64,000 nucleotides of DNA from Octopus vulgaris (Eukaryota), in contig OX597822.1 of the NCBI GenBank assembly GCA_951406725.2, positions 31,930,001-31,994,000 on the forward strand. The letters are read 5' to 3'. Position numbers and translations under genes: made by a program. This document shows positions 38,541-51,634 of the stretch, one piece after another (within the stretch, counting starts at the first letter, position 1; the number at the start of each line of letters is the position of its first letter). A model generated the notes under the pieces. The model was not told where the DNA came from and made no database searches. It saw only the letters and a list, made by a program, of their open reading frames with translations.

Positions 38541-41500
38541 ATGTGTATATATACATAATAAGTTAAATGGTATATAAATATATACACATATACATATATA
38601 TATGTACATACCTACATATATATATGTATATATACATGCATATATGGGTACAGGACATCAAAAAAAAAAACTTTGCACACGATGAGAAACGAAAATATAA
38701 AAACAAAAACACAGAAACGAACTTTTTTTCAATCAATGAAAAAAAACAGAGTACAAGACATACAACACAAGGAATATTCCCCTTCTTCAGTTGTCCCTGT
38801 TTCATCTACTCCGCGTTTAGGAAAGTGCGTATGTATATGCAGGAGAAAATTTAGGATAATTTGTTTTTGAAAAGGCACTGAATTTGAAAAACTTGTTGTT
38901 TTTAAATAAATTTATTCACATATATCCCAAACTAGTTAAAGCATTTTTTTTGTTCATGAATGGTACAAATATGTATAAACAATTTTATTTTAACAGAATT
39001 GAAAATTCGGATGTAGAATGCACTTTTAAATGGTTAAATGTTCACGGAATTCAATGACAGGGGTAGATAATATCAAAAATGATCGGCGAGCAATATAAAA
39101 AGTATAGATTACTAACGTTCGGTCATACCGAACTATTATAGAATACGTGCACATGACAGAAATAGGAAAGAAGTGAACAAAAAAAAAATTTTTTTCTTTT
39201 GTGTGTAATTCTTTAATCCGTTGCGTACAGGGGTTTTCGCTATTAACGAAGTGTTTTGGAGTCAGAGTATATCTTCTAAAGCGATATGTAAAAAGATTTA
39301 ATATGTGATTCGTTATAATTCCGATGAAGTCATATTCTTTCTATTGGATGTTTTTCATCAAAAAATAGTTTTTGCTTTGGCGTTAGTGCTTTCGTTGGTT
39401 TGTCGGTTGGTTGTTTGGGTGGTTGATTGAGTCCCTGAGTACTTTTTGGTTATCTCACACCCATTAAAAATCACCATTACAAAATTGGATTACCTCCCCA
39501 CTAAAAAATCGAGCTTGTGGCGACAAGACACTGAATTAATAAATGTGAGATCCTTTTGATTCAATACTCCAACATATGTCCATGACGTTTAGCCTCCTAA
39601 ATAGGCATGATATAATTTGTTATAAAAATGTTATTAGACTCAATAAGATGCTTAATTTTTTTCAGTTTTCGTTTTTAGTAATTATTTCAGTTTTCATGTT
39701 AATTGCTTTCCATTTTTTTGTTTTGTTTTAAGTGTTAAACACTTTCTTTAGTTGTGGGAGATAACCGAAAGGAATGATATTTTTCATTAAACATGAGAAG
39801 TCAACCAAACAGAAAACCAAACTTGACCAATAAAAAGCAGGTTCTTTATCAAAATAGTGACGTCACGAAACGTAATTACTCATCAAAACCTGTTCCTATG
39901 TACAGGGAACCGGTACTATTTGGTTATCTCACCCCTATTTAAAAATTGGGTTAACTCCCCCAGTTGTATGAAAAATATCGGAAATTTTGTTTATCTCACC
40001 TACATAAAGATATTGTTTAACCCTTAATAAGACAATAGAAAAAATGAAGAAATAGAATATAAATGAAAATTTAAAAAAAATTAATAAATACAACAACTGA
40101 CAAAAATATTCATGTTATTGAATCTAATAACATTTTTATATCAAATCATGCCGTACCTACTGAGTAGGTCAATCGTCAACAGCATGTTGAAGTATTGAAT
40201 CAAAGGGATCTAACAATTTTAATTCAATCTCATCTCCACAAACTCAATTTTTTAGTGGGGAGGTAACCTAATTTTTAATGTTGATTTTTTAATAGAGTGA
40301 GATAACCAAAATGTACCTAGGGAACAAACCAAGCAATCAACCAACCAGCCAATCAACCAACCAGCCGACTGACCGAACGAACAACAAACCAACGGATATA
40401 CTAATGCCAGAACAAAATCTATTTTCTTATCAAAAACATCCACCGGAAAGAATAAGACGTCATCAGAATTATAACGAATCAAATATTACATCCTTTCACG
40501 TATCCCTTCAGAAGATATTCTCTGATTACAAAAGACTCCGTTAAAGGCAAAAAGCCCTGTGCGCGACGGAATAATGAACTACATGCAAGGGGACAGAAAC
40601 TGTAAAATAATCCCTCTTTCTTATTCTCTTCTTTCTTTTTATTCTTTCCTTGTCTTGTCCCCTAATGCTATAATAACTCAGTATGACCGAACTTTCAGTA
40701 TTATTTCATTCGCCGATCAGTTTTGATATTATCTACACCTGTCATTGAGTTTTGTGAACATTTAATCAATTAAAGTGTTTTCTGCTTTGTAATTTTAAAT
40801 TCTTTTAAAATAAAATTGTTTATAAATATTTGTACCATTCATGAACAAAAAAAAAATGCTTAAACTAGTTTGGGATGTATGTAAATAAATTTATTTAAAA
40901 CAAGTTTTTCAAACTCAGTGCCTTTTCAAAAACAAATTATCCTATAATTTCTCCTGCGTATTCATATGCACTTTCCTAACACACACACACACACAGACAC
41001 ACACATGTATATTTATATCAGAGCCCGGAACAATGTAAGCAAGCTACTTCTCAAATTCAGGTGCATTTTCAAAAACAAATCATCCTATATTTTTTCCTGC
41101 GTGGAAATACATCGCTTCTTTACACACATACACACATACACATATATATACATACATACATAAACACTCCAATGCCCATCTGCCACTCATTCAAAGAGGG
41201 AGAGAGAGAATAATGCATATATTGTGTTGGTAATCTTGCAAGCAAAACTCATCAAATACAGAATCTCGTACGTAAAAACAGGAAATGGTGGAGATTCAAA
41301 AAGAAAAAAAAAACGAAAAAAAAAAACTAGATAGTCCATAGGACAAAAAAATTGTGAGCCGAGTAATTTCGGTCATGAACTAAAATCTGTTGTTGACGTT
41401 TTTCTGAAGTATTGTATGGGAGAATTAAATTTAACTGAGGTAACCAAACTACTTATAATATACCAGTTTCGTTCTTTCTATTTTTGTGATCTTGTAATTC

Positions 41501-41982
41501 TGGGAAAATAAGCTTATTTTTTATATCGTCGATTATATAAAATCCAGTTTTTTTTTCAAACTGGTATTTTAAGTTACTTGACAACACTGGTTTTGGGGCC
41601 ACACACACAAGCGTATTTGAATATAAAACTATTTAAGTTAGCTAGACGCAATCCAAAGTCAAAAAGGAAATAATTCACCGTCACTAAAATGTGACGAAGG
41701 ATGCAGAGAGTATCAGAGTTGCTAGAAAAAAGAGTCATAGACTTTTAGCCACAAAAGCACATGTTCTATTCACTGACAGGAGAGACAACCTCCCTACAGC
41801 AAGCGAGGTTTTTAGATTGGCATGCTAATTTCGCATGGAAATTAATGCTCATCGTTAATGTTTATTAGATGCGCGTTGTGAAACTGAAGTTTACCTTGTC
41901 AGTATTTATAGAATTTATCTTAGGAATAAATGGCTGATTCCGCAAAATGTTAATGTGAAAATTATAAAATAAGTACCATCAA

Positions 41983-42470
41983 CATTGTTCGACCGTGGTC
42001 GAGACAATGGAATTTACTATGTTACGCCAGACTTCACGGTCCATCATAGCATTACGGAGGTCCTGTTGCTGGATGCCTGTATCCCTGGAGATTACATCAG
42101 GGTAGGAGAGTGTGCGCCCTCTGGTATCACGAGCAGATGGCTTCCAGAAGAGAAGAGTAGAAATTAATTCGTTTTCAGCTCTACAACAATGTCCAGCAAA
42201 CTGGACTCTACTACCTTTCCCAAGAGATGATACAGGTAGTAGTTTCCCATGTATTTGTACTTTGGTTGGATGACGCTTCTACGAGAGATTTTGAGCTCTC
42301 ATAAGGAGGCGAGTGTAAGTTCCATCCAACCGCCTCTCAAGGTTCTTTGATAACGTCCAGGTTTCTGAGCCATATAGTAGAATTGGTTCGACTGTGGCTT
42401 TGAAGATTTTAAGTTTGAAATCTCTACTTAGATTTGATGACCAGATCTTATGCATATCATTACAGGCTGC
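41983..42470 (-). pseudogene. RTE/RTEX-type LINE 3' ORF fragment
   Basis: KIWSSNLSRDFKLKIFKATVEPILLYGSETWTL..RLDGTYTRLL..FAGHCCR..YPDVISRDTG..AMMDREVWR. Confidence 0.85.
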
Positions 42471-43092
42471 CTAAAATAATTAAGGTGGCTAGAAGCAGTT
42501 CAAAACCCAAACGGAAGTAATTTACCGTCACTAAAATGTGACGAAGGGTGCAGGGAGCACCAACAAATATTTGTATGTGTTTATATAATTACATAAATTC
42601 GTGCATATGCATAGGCGTATACTTATGTATAGGCGGAGGCGCGGCTGTGTTAAGAAGTTGAAAGAGGTTTAATACCTCGTTTTGTGTTTGGTTTTAAAGA
42701 ACAATGTTTTAGAGAAGCAAAAGTCAGCGGGCGCTTTGTGTGTGTGTATATATATATGTATGTGTATATGTATATAGACAGATAGATGGGTTCATATGTA
42801 GAATGGAAAGACGGGCACACCCAAATACAGACATACATACATAGATATATACAAATGAAGACTGAAAGACATGACCATATACACACACGCACACAAGGAC
42901 ACATGAAAACACACATCCACACATCCGTACAAACATGCATAGGCACATAAACCGGCACACAGACACATTCACATTTACACACATACATACACGCATGCAT
43001 ACATATGTGTATGCGCACGCCCACTGACACACGCATGCGTACAAACAAAAATACTATATATCTATACATACTGAACACACACACACACACAT

Positions 43093-43516
43093 TACTCTTT
43101 TACTCTTTTACTTGTTTCAGTCATTTGACTGTGGCCATGCTGGAGCACCGCCTTTAGTCGAGCAAATCGACCCCAGGACTTATTCTTCGTAAGCCTAGTA
43201 CTTATTCTATCGGACTCTTCTTGCCGAACCGCTAGGTTACGGGGACGTAAACACACCAGCATCGGTTGTCAAGCGACGTTGGGAGAGGGGGGACAAACAC
43301 AGACACACAAACATATACACACACACATACACACATACATATATGCATATATACGACGGACGTCTTTCAGTTTCCGTCTACCAAATCCACTCACAAGGAT
43401 TTGATCGGCCCGAGGCTATAGTAGAAGACACTTGCCCAAGGTGCCACGCACTGGGACTGAACCCGGAACCATGTGGTTCGTAAGCAACCTATTTACCACA
43501 CAGCCACTCCTACGCC

Positions 43517-43518
<2 letters not shown>
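43093..43518 (-). mobile_element. SINE family A
   Basis: Reverse complement of family A. Confidence 0.9.
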
Positions 43519-43549
<31 letters not shown>

Positions 43550-44341
43550 CATACATGCATACCTACAGACAAAAATACATTATATATGCATTCACATATA
43601 ATGTTAGAAGGTGAAAGTATATATTTCTCAATTCACCTTAACCTAGAGATTGTTAGAAAGGTTTAGAAACAGATATTCCTATAAAACTTCCTAAAACTTA
43701 CAAAGGTTGCTGTTGCGCAAGTCCGTGGCCAGCCTCGATCAAGATATACTTAGGATCAAAGAATTTTGTCACATTAAGATGACATGTACAAGCCACCAAC
43801 GCACGATTATGTTTTGTTGACACCAAAAATATCTTTCTATGACTAATAGGGTCTTTTTCGTAGCCATTTCTCGATCCACATCCTCCACCATCAATAACGC
43901 TTGCTGCTCATTATACCCATAAACATGCTTGTATTTATATCACACCATTCTGTTATGTCAATATAACACATACACGCGATCACATGATCAAGTCGTTAAC
44001 AACCTAATCACTCACATTATCTCAGCCAGCTCCATTCTCGCCTTTATAAACACACATACGCACTCCTACACAACTCCTGATACAGGCAAATTCTCCACTT
44101 GTGTACACACATGCTTACATATACTTAAATTGACAGACAAATACGATTTTATACACTTAAACACTCACATAAACCTATAAATATACACATTATTAGGTCT
44201 CCCACGCCAGTTCCTTCCGGGCATGCCCGACATCTGTCATCTAATATATTCATAATTCTCAACTAGAAACCACTTGCTCTCGCCTACTTCGGTACGGCTA
44301 TTATTTTCCTTGCTGCTGCTTTTTCTATAAGTGTATTATAA

Positions 44342-44438
<97 letters not shown>

Positions 44439-44634
44439 TATATATGTAGGTATGTATGTATGTATATATAAATTTTTCTTTTGTTATCAAGACATTTTTA
44501 CAAGGACGAAGCTGGCCTAAACGGCGAAAACACTTCCTTACTTCTCACACATATGCACACACATGCACAGGGACACACACACACTACAACACACATACAT
44601 ATATATATGCACACACATATATATATAAATATGT

Positions 44635-44710
<76 letters not shown>

Positions 44711-45479
44711 TCACACACATAAGCATGTACATATATATATAATATATATAGATGGATAGATACATAAATAGCTGTTAAACTAAATTTATGTATAAATAAA
44801 CGCATATACACATACACTCATACACATGCACACATACATATATATATGTGTGTGTATATATATATATACATATATGAATAAACACGTATTGTACATAGAT
44901 ATAAATAATAAAAATATGCATGCACACCATATATATATATGTGTGTGTGTGTTTGTGCATGTGTGTGTGTGTTTGTATGTGTATTATTAAATACACTCCT
45001 ATGTTGAGTTTTAACGTTCTTATCATAGTTTTATTATTTTTTGAGATTTTTATGGATGTTTCCTAAATCCATGCTCGACTTTTCTACCTTCACAATCTCA
45101 TTATCAAGGATTGAAGTGAAAATATTTGGCGTTTGAGTCGCTTGTTATATTACCGTTTTAGCTGTTGCAAAGTTTAATTACATGTTCATAAAACGGGGAG
45201 CAGATATTTTAAAGCACGTTTCATTAAATAAACAGCTGTGTTCAAGTCTTATCTCTTTTATTTTATATTTTTCATATTTTCTCATTAGTTTCTTACACTT
45301 ATCTAGAGTTCCATAATCCGTATGTGACGTTTATTATTTTCCCTAAAGAGAATATAAAGAACAACACAAACGTCAACTGTATTCAATTCAATTCCCGATA
45401 ATACGACTGCGATGATATATGGAAAATTCGGATATTTAGGAAATCTACTTTTCTAAGGATTCTGCAATAATTTGACAAG

Positions 45480-46075
45480 AACGTAAGATAAAAAGGTAAA
45501 ACTTGAATATAGTCGTGTATTTAATAAAATTATCACCTGGCAGTGGGGGCTAGAGGCTTCATTGAAAGGAAAATGACAATGCGAGAACTAATAAGGAGAG
45601 TACAGGAGGCGGTCGAAAAAGCCAGCTTCTATATATGGCTGAAGCGGGAAGACCGAAAATGGCTTGAAAGTCATAAACATGCAGGCGGGAAATAACATCA
45701 CTAGGTGAGACAAGCTGACACTGAATCAGCTTCGCTGACTGACAGGTGACGGTCGTTTAGAGAATGCGCGGGCTAAAACTATGCGCCTTCACTAGCCAGT
45801 TAAGGGGAGACAGTGTCATGTGACAATTAGCTGGGGCTGCCTGCTGGAGTCTACGGCAGGTATTTAAAGGGAAAATTTGACAAGTCAGTCAGTCACCGGC
45901 TGACACTCGCTGACGATACATCGAAGAGGCCAGGGAACAGAAGAAAGAAGAAGAAAGAAGACACCTCAGAAAGAGTGGGGGGGGGGGCGCCACGCCAAAA
46001 TGGTAGAGGACTAGGGGCCGAAATCGGACGTCGTTCCTCCTGATGATGTCTTGAGCTAACTGGATCCTATAAAGG
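45480..46075 (+). mobile_element. 3' end of an RLE-type LINE (HERO/NeSL-like): ORF tail and 3' UTR
   Basis: VGARGFI..VQEAVEKASFYIWLKRED, typical of the restriction-like endonuclease C-terminus; structured UTR follows. Confidence 0.65.
45986..46046 (+). ncRNA. Permuted/pseudoknotted hammerhead-like motif; predicted cleavage after 46005
   Basis: [ggcgcc][acgcc]aaaa[tggT]A[gagga]cta[ggggcc]GAAA[tcg][gacgt]cgt[tcctc]CTGATGA. Confidence 0.65.
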
Positions 46076-46247
46076 AGCTGTTGTGGTAGCAGACCACGAA
46101 ACACGGTTGTAATTCCTTCACATGCTTAAAGAGTTCTCATATGTGTGTGTGCGTGCGTGTGTGTGTGTGTTTTTCCGTCCTTGTTTTCGTATACACTCGC
46201 TGCTTTCTTCCAAGGAATCTATTCTCTTAGCTTAGTTTTTCCTTGGG

Positions 46248-46318
46248 GATGGCCAGATTGGAGCAATCTCGAGTATAACCAACGAAATTCCAAAGATAAT
46301 CTGGAACTCGACTGAGGA
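46248..46318 (+). ncRNA. Permuted/pseudoknotted hammerhead-like motif in a microsatellite-flanked element (about 46170-46440); predicted cleavage after 46268
   Basis: [gatgg][ccagatt]gga[gcaaT]C[tcgagt]ataa[ccaac]GAAA[ttcc]aaagat[aatctgg]a[actcga]CTGAGGA. Confidence 0.65.
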
Positions 46319-46833
46319 AAGAAAACTCCGAATGACCCGTCCTTGTTTTCTTTGTGTCTTCTGTCTGGATGTTTTGTTGTCTCTTTTTTGTATCACCTAA
46401 CTGCCTGAATGTTTTGCGCTCTTGTACCATTTTTGTATTTATATATATATATATATATATAAGATTGAGTTGAATTAGGAACTTCAGCCAGTTCGGTATA
46501 GTGTATGCAGCTCGAAGTTAGGTCAACAAAATGCAAATAACAAAAAAGGATGTCCCGGTTTCAATGCATTACGTCCGTTTCAAGCGGCTCCATTTAATTG
46601 ATCAATGAAAACATTACTTCAACTTGAAAGAAACAGCTCTCCTCATTTCCAATATAAAGGATAAACCATTTTTAGCATTTGTAGCAAATTTATATAAATT
46701 TGCTATAAATGCTAAAATTGATTTATCCTTGATGTTGGAAATTTATAGAGTCATCTGCTCTGAGGAGAGTGGGTTCTTTCAAACTGAAGTAATGTTTTCA
46801 TTGATCAGTTAAATGAAGTCGCTTGAAACAGCC

Positions 46834-46900
<67 letters not shown>

Positions 46901-47013
46901 GAAGTCAACATGTACAGTAATAAGCAAATGGTAAAAAGACAGAAAGTCAAGTTGAAAAACATATCCTAAATGCACCGACGAACGGAAAACAAGCACAGAA
47001 GATCACCAACTCC

Positions 47014-47087
47014 TCATCAGTTATCGGCCAGTGTGTCGAGCGCAATTTCGTGCCATTATCGATAATATTGATTCCACTCTGGAGGCA
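47014..47087 (-). ncRNA. Permuted/pseudoknotted hammerhead-like motif; predicted cleavage between 47066 and 47065
   Basis: [tgcc]t[ccagagtg]gaat[caaT]A[ttatcg]ataat[ggca]cGAAA[ttg]cgctcga[cacactgg]c[cgataa]CTGATGA. Confidence 0.68.
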
Positions 47088-47797
47088 ACCAACAAGAAAA
47101 CTTGCTGTGAATGCGACCAAACAAAGCAAAACGAGATGGACTAACAAGGATGGGCAAGAAATACAAAATGGATAAAAGTAATTTGTGACGAGACTGTTAG
47201 TGGACGGACGAGGGAAAAAAGAAAGAAAGAAAGAAACAGAATATGGCTTTATGGCCAGGTGTAAGCAACAAGAAATAATAATACATATGCAACAAAAAAT
47301 AATAACAATGCATATACAAAAAAAAAAATGTTGTGGGCTATGAGACAGACAAATGTGGAGAAACAGAAAGGAGAAATGAAAATTATCCTAAAGGACTAAA
47401 CATAAGGGAAAAGCAGAGCGAGGAACACACAGAAGTGTGACTGATTTGGTTGAAGGCAACGCGAAAAACAATGACACCGAGTTAGATCATCATCGGTCAC
47501 GTGGTCATGAAGAGGACGAAAGAGTCAGATGAGTGATATTGTTAGAAGAAAAACTGGGATTTAAAATTTTGGCAGGTATCAATAAAGCACACAGTATGAA
47601 AAGAATTTGGTTATATGTTCAACAATAAGATACCAGCAAATGTATGTAGAATACATGTCTCAGGTAAATCATGCATGACAGGTAAATCCAGCTATCCTGT
47701 CGCAGAATTTAGAGAAATTCAGAGTATTTAACAATAAGAAAAATACGTACAGAGAAAATTACAATTTTATTTTAGATCTCACCTTCTGAATCCGAAG

Positions 47798-47999
47798 GAG
47801 GGGCTGAAAAGTTCCTGGTTTTGGGTAAAAGAAAATGCAGGACGATCAGTTAATTGTGATTCTTTTCAATATATTCTACCCTCAGATTTACACACTTTGC
47901 AGCGGTCCTTCGGTTTTTTTAACCCCTGTAAAGGGACTCGGAAGGGCCTGCATCCAAACTTTACGCGATACCCTTAAAGCCAAGGACTTTTCAGCACCC
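47798..47999. mobile_element. Mariner-type MITE
   Basis: TIRs ggggctgaaaagttcctggtttt / aaagccaaggacttttcagcaccc. Confidence 0.6.
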
Positions 48000-48001
48000 A
48001 C

Positions 48002-48197
48002 GATAGATCATTAGCCACTACACACATTTTTTTCTCTCCTTGTTTCTCTCCTTGTTTTTTACTGTGTCTCTTTCTGTAGAAGAGCGTAGGCTCGAAACGT
48101 AAAAGACTTTTTCTATTCTTGAGCGTTATACTAATACAACTGTTTGTTTTGTACACCACCTGTCTTCGTCTTTTGTTTTTATCGTAAACTTTCCCTA
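48002..48197 (+). mobile_element. Penelope-like pLTR remnant with a minimal hammerhead-like motif (48069-48106)
   Basis: tcttt CTGTAGA a gagc gtag gctc GAAA cg TA aaaga; core A6 replaced by U. Confidence 0.6.
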
Positions 48198-48199
48198 TA

Positions 48200-48256
<57 letters not shown>

Positions 48257-48259
<3 letters not shown>

Positions 48260-48635
48260 GAGGCGCAATGGCCCAGTGGTTAGGGAAGCGTATTCGCGGT
48301 CGTAGGATCGCGGTTTCGATTCACAGACCGGGCGTTGTGAGTGTTTATTGAGCGAAAATACCTAAAGCGCCACGAGGCCCCGGCAGGGATGGTGGTGATC
48401 CCTGCTGTACTCTTTCACCACAACTTTCTCTCACTCTTACTTCCTGTTTCTGTTGTACCTGTATTTCAAAGGGCCGGCCTTGTCACTCTCTGTGTCACGC
48501 TGAATATCCCCGAGAACTAAGTTAAGGGTACACGTGTCTGTGGAGTGCTCAGCCACTTACACGTTAATTTCACGAGCAGGCTGTTCCGTTGATCGGTTCA
48601 ACCGGAACCCTCGTCGTCGTAACCGACGGAGTGCT
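48257..48635 (+). mobile_element. tRNA-derived SINE family C; diverged minus-strand relatives at about 31368-31550 and 62520-62795
   Basis: A box tggcccagtggttagg, B box ggtttcgattc, 3' cgtcgtaaccgacggagtg. Confidence 0.75.
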
Positions 48636-48951
48636 TCCATCCATATATATATGTGTGTGTCTGTGTGTGTGTGTCTGTGTGTGTGTGTGTGTGTGTGTAG
48701 CTATAAAATTCTTTTTCGGAATATAGAAACTAAAAACAGATTAAGCTATAAATGATAGCATGTAAACACTGGGTTTACAGGCATTTGAATAGAAAAGGTC
48801 AAGTGTTACCAGAGGCTCTTTTTCTATTCATAACGATCTTTTACTGCAATATTTACACACTACAATTTATAAGCGTTATCTGCATGGAGTCACATTATTC
48901 GAAAAGTGAATTGTTTCACGGTTTCTCGAAGTTTATAAAATTTGACATCAA

Positions 48952-49023
<72 letters not shown>

Positions 49024-49334
49024 GCATAAAGACACACACACACAGGGGAACACACACACGTATCTATAGAACATTCACATATTTCACACCATGTTTCTGA
49101 GGTGAATAAATGAAAATGTAACGCGATGTAAACATAATGATGATTAGTTGAATGTGTGATAGATTTTTCTAACAAGTTTGTTTTTGTGATCAACAATGCA
49201 ATATCAATCTACCCTTAAATATTTTTACACGAAAGTGTTTGAGAACTGATTTCTTTACATATTCTCACACTAGTCACTGTTTTTAAATAGTTTGAAGAAT
49301 GAGCGTGAAAATGAGATTTACAAAACAGAAATTA

Positions 49335-49349
49335 CAGCTGCTGCTGCTG

Positions 49350-49446
<97 letters not shown>

Positions 49447-49526
49447 TACTGCTGCTACTACTGCTGTTACTACTACTATTACTGTTGCTACTACTACTAC
49501 TACTACTACTACTACTAGTACTACTA

Positions 49527-49581
<55 letters not shown>

Positions 49582-49894
49582 GCTGCTGCTGATGTTGCTG
49601 TTGTTAAGCAACAAGGGTAAAGGTGATTAGGTGATGGTCTAGAGCTTAGGGGCGGGAGACTCCCATACCTTGGAAAAAAGAAAAAACACTTTGGTCGCCT
49701 TGGTTGTAGTCGAGGGCTCTTCGCTGACGCCCGACACCACTGGGAGGTGGCCCTCGAAGTCGCTGGAAATGGAGATCTACAGGTCCAAATTCTTTGACGG
49801 CTGCAGCTGATGCTGCTACTACAACTACTACTACTACTTCTACTACTACTGCTGCTGTTGCTGCTGCTACTACTACTACTACTACTACTACAAG

Positions 49895-49977
<83 letters not shown>

Positions 49978-50405
49978 TTGCTACTGCTGCTACTACTACT
50001 GCTGCTACTACTACTATTACTGTTGCTACTTCTACTACTACTGTTACTACTACTGCTACTACAACAACTACTACTGCTGCTACTACTACTACTACTACTA
50101 CTACAACAACTACTATTGCTGCTGCTACTAGAGCTACAACTACTGCTGCTACTATTACTACTGTGGCTGCCATTACTACTACTACATCTACTACTACTAC
50201 AACAACTACTACTACAGCTACTACTACTACAACTACTACCATTGCTACTAATAATAATGATAATAATACTACCATTCCTACTGATGCTGTTGCTGGTGCT
50301 GCTGCTGCTGATGATGATGACGGTGATGATCATGATGTCGAAAATGATCATCCTGCTGATCTCGCTAATGTTGCTGCTTCTGATGATGATCATGATGATC
50401 ATGAC
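49335..50405. repeat. Compound (CTA/CTG/GAT)n microsatellite interrupted by the 210-bp repeat (49590-49795, minus)
   Basis: Seen directly. Confidence 0.9.
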
Positions 50406-50733
50406 AATATAGCAACTTATATGCATGCCTGTGTGTTTGCGTGTATACGTGTGGGAGGAGGGGGCGCTATGTGTTGATTTGCTTTCATGTATTACTTCAT
50501 TTCCGTTACATAATATTAATATATTATTACTCTAGCTTCGATGTAATTCGATATAATATATTCAAATACATGGAACACTTCGGCAAACATTACACGCAAT
50601 TATAGTCTTTTATTTGCAAAATATTTATTATCATATGACATATGATATATATATATATACACATACATACATACATATATATATACACATCTACACATAC
50701 ATATGCATACATATAATATATATACATATATAC

Positions 50734-50770
<37 letters not shown>

Positions 50771-50927
50771 TATATATATATATGCATATATATACATATA
50801 AATGTACGTATATGTATGCATATAAATATATGCGAATATATATGTATGTATATATATGTATATATATATACTTTTATATATATATACACGCACACACACA
50901 TATGCACATACACACACCCACACACAC

Positions 50928-50985
<58 letters not shown>

Positions 50986-50988
<3 letters not shown>

Positions 50989-51395
50989 GGTGTGTGGTAA
51001 GTAGCTTGCTAACCAGCCACTTGGTTCTGGGTTCAGTCCCACTGCGTGGCATCTTGGGCAAGTGTCTTCTGCTATAGCCCCAGGCCGACCAATGCCTTGT
51101 GAGTGGATTTGGTAGACGGAAACTGAATGAAGCCTGTCGTATATATGTATATATATATATGTATGTGTGTGTGTTTGTGTGTCTGTATTTGTTCCCCTAG
51201 CATTGCTTGACAACCGATGCTGGTGTGTTTACGTCCCCGTCACTTAGCGGTTCGGCAAAAATTGACTGATAGAATAAGTACTGGCCTTACAAAAAGAATA
51301 AGTCCCGGGGTCGATTTGCTCGACTAAAGGCGGTGCTCCAGCATGGCCGCAGTCAAATGACTGAAACAAGTAAAAGAGTAAAAAAGTAAAAGAGT
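50986..51395 (+). mobile_element. SINE family A
   Basis: Family A blocks. Confidence 0.9.
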
Positions 51396-51408
51396 TGTTT
51401 TATTAGAA

Positions 51409-51541
<133 letters not shown>

Positions 51542-51634
51542 GAGATAGATAGAGAGATAAAAACTTACTTGGAAGAGGATACGTGTCGTTCAGTCATATA
51601 ATAATATAAATATAATATATATATATCTAAACAA

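Noticed and set aside
48257-48335. tRNA gene (also the heads of SINE A and SINE B)
   Set aside because: A/B boxes continue into SINE bodies with no complete cloverleaf.
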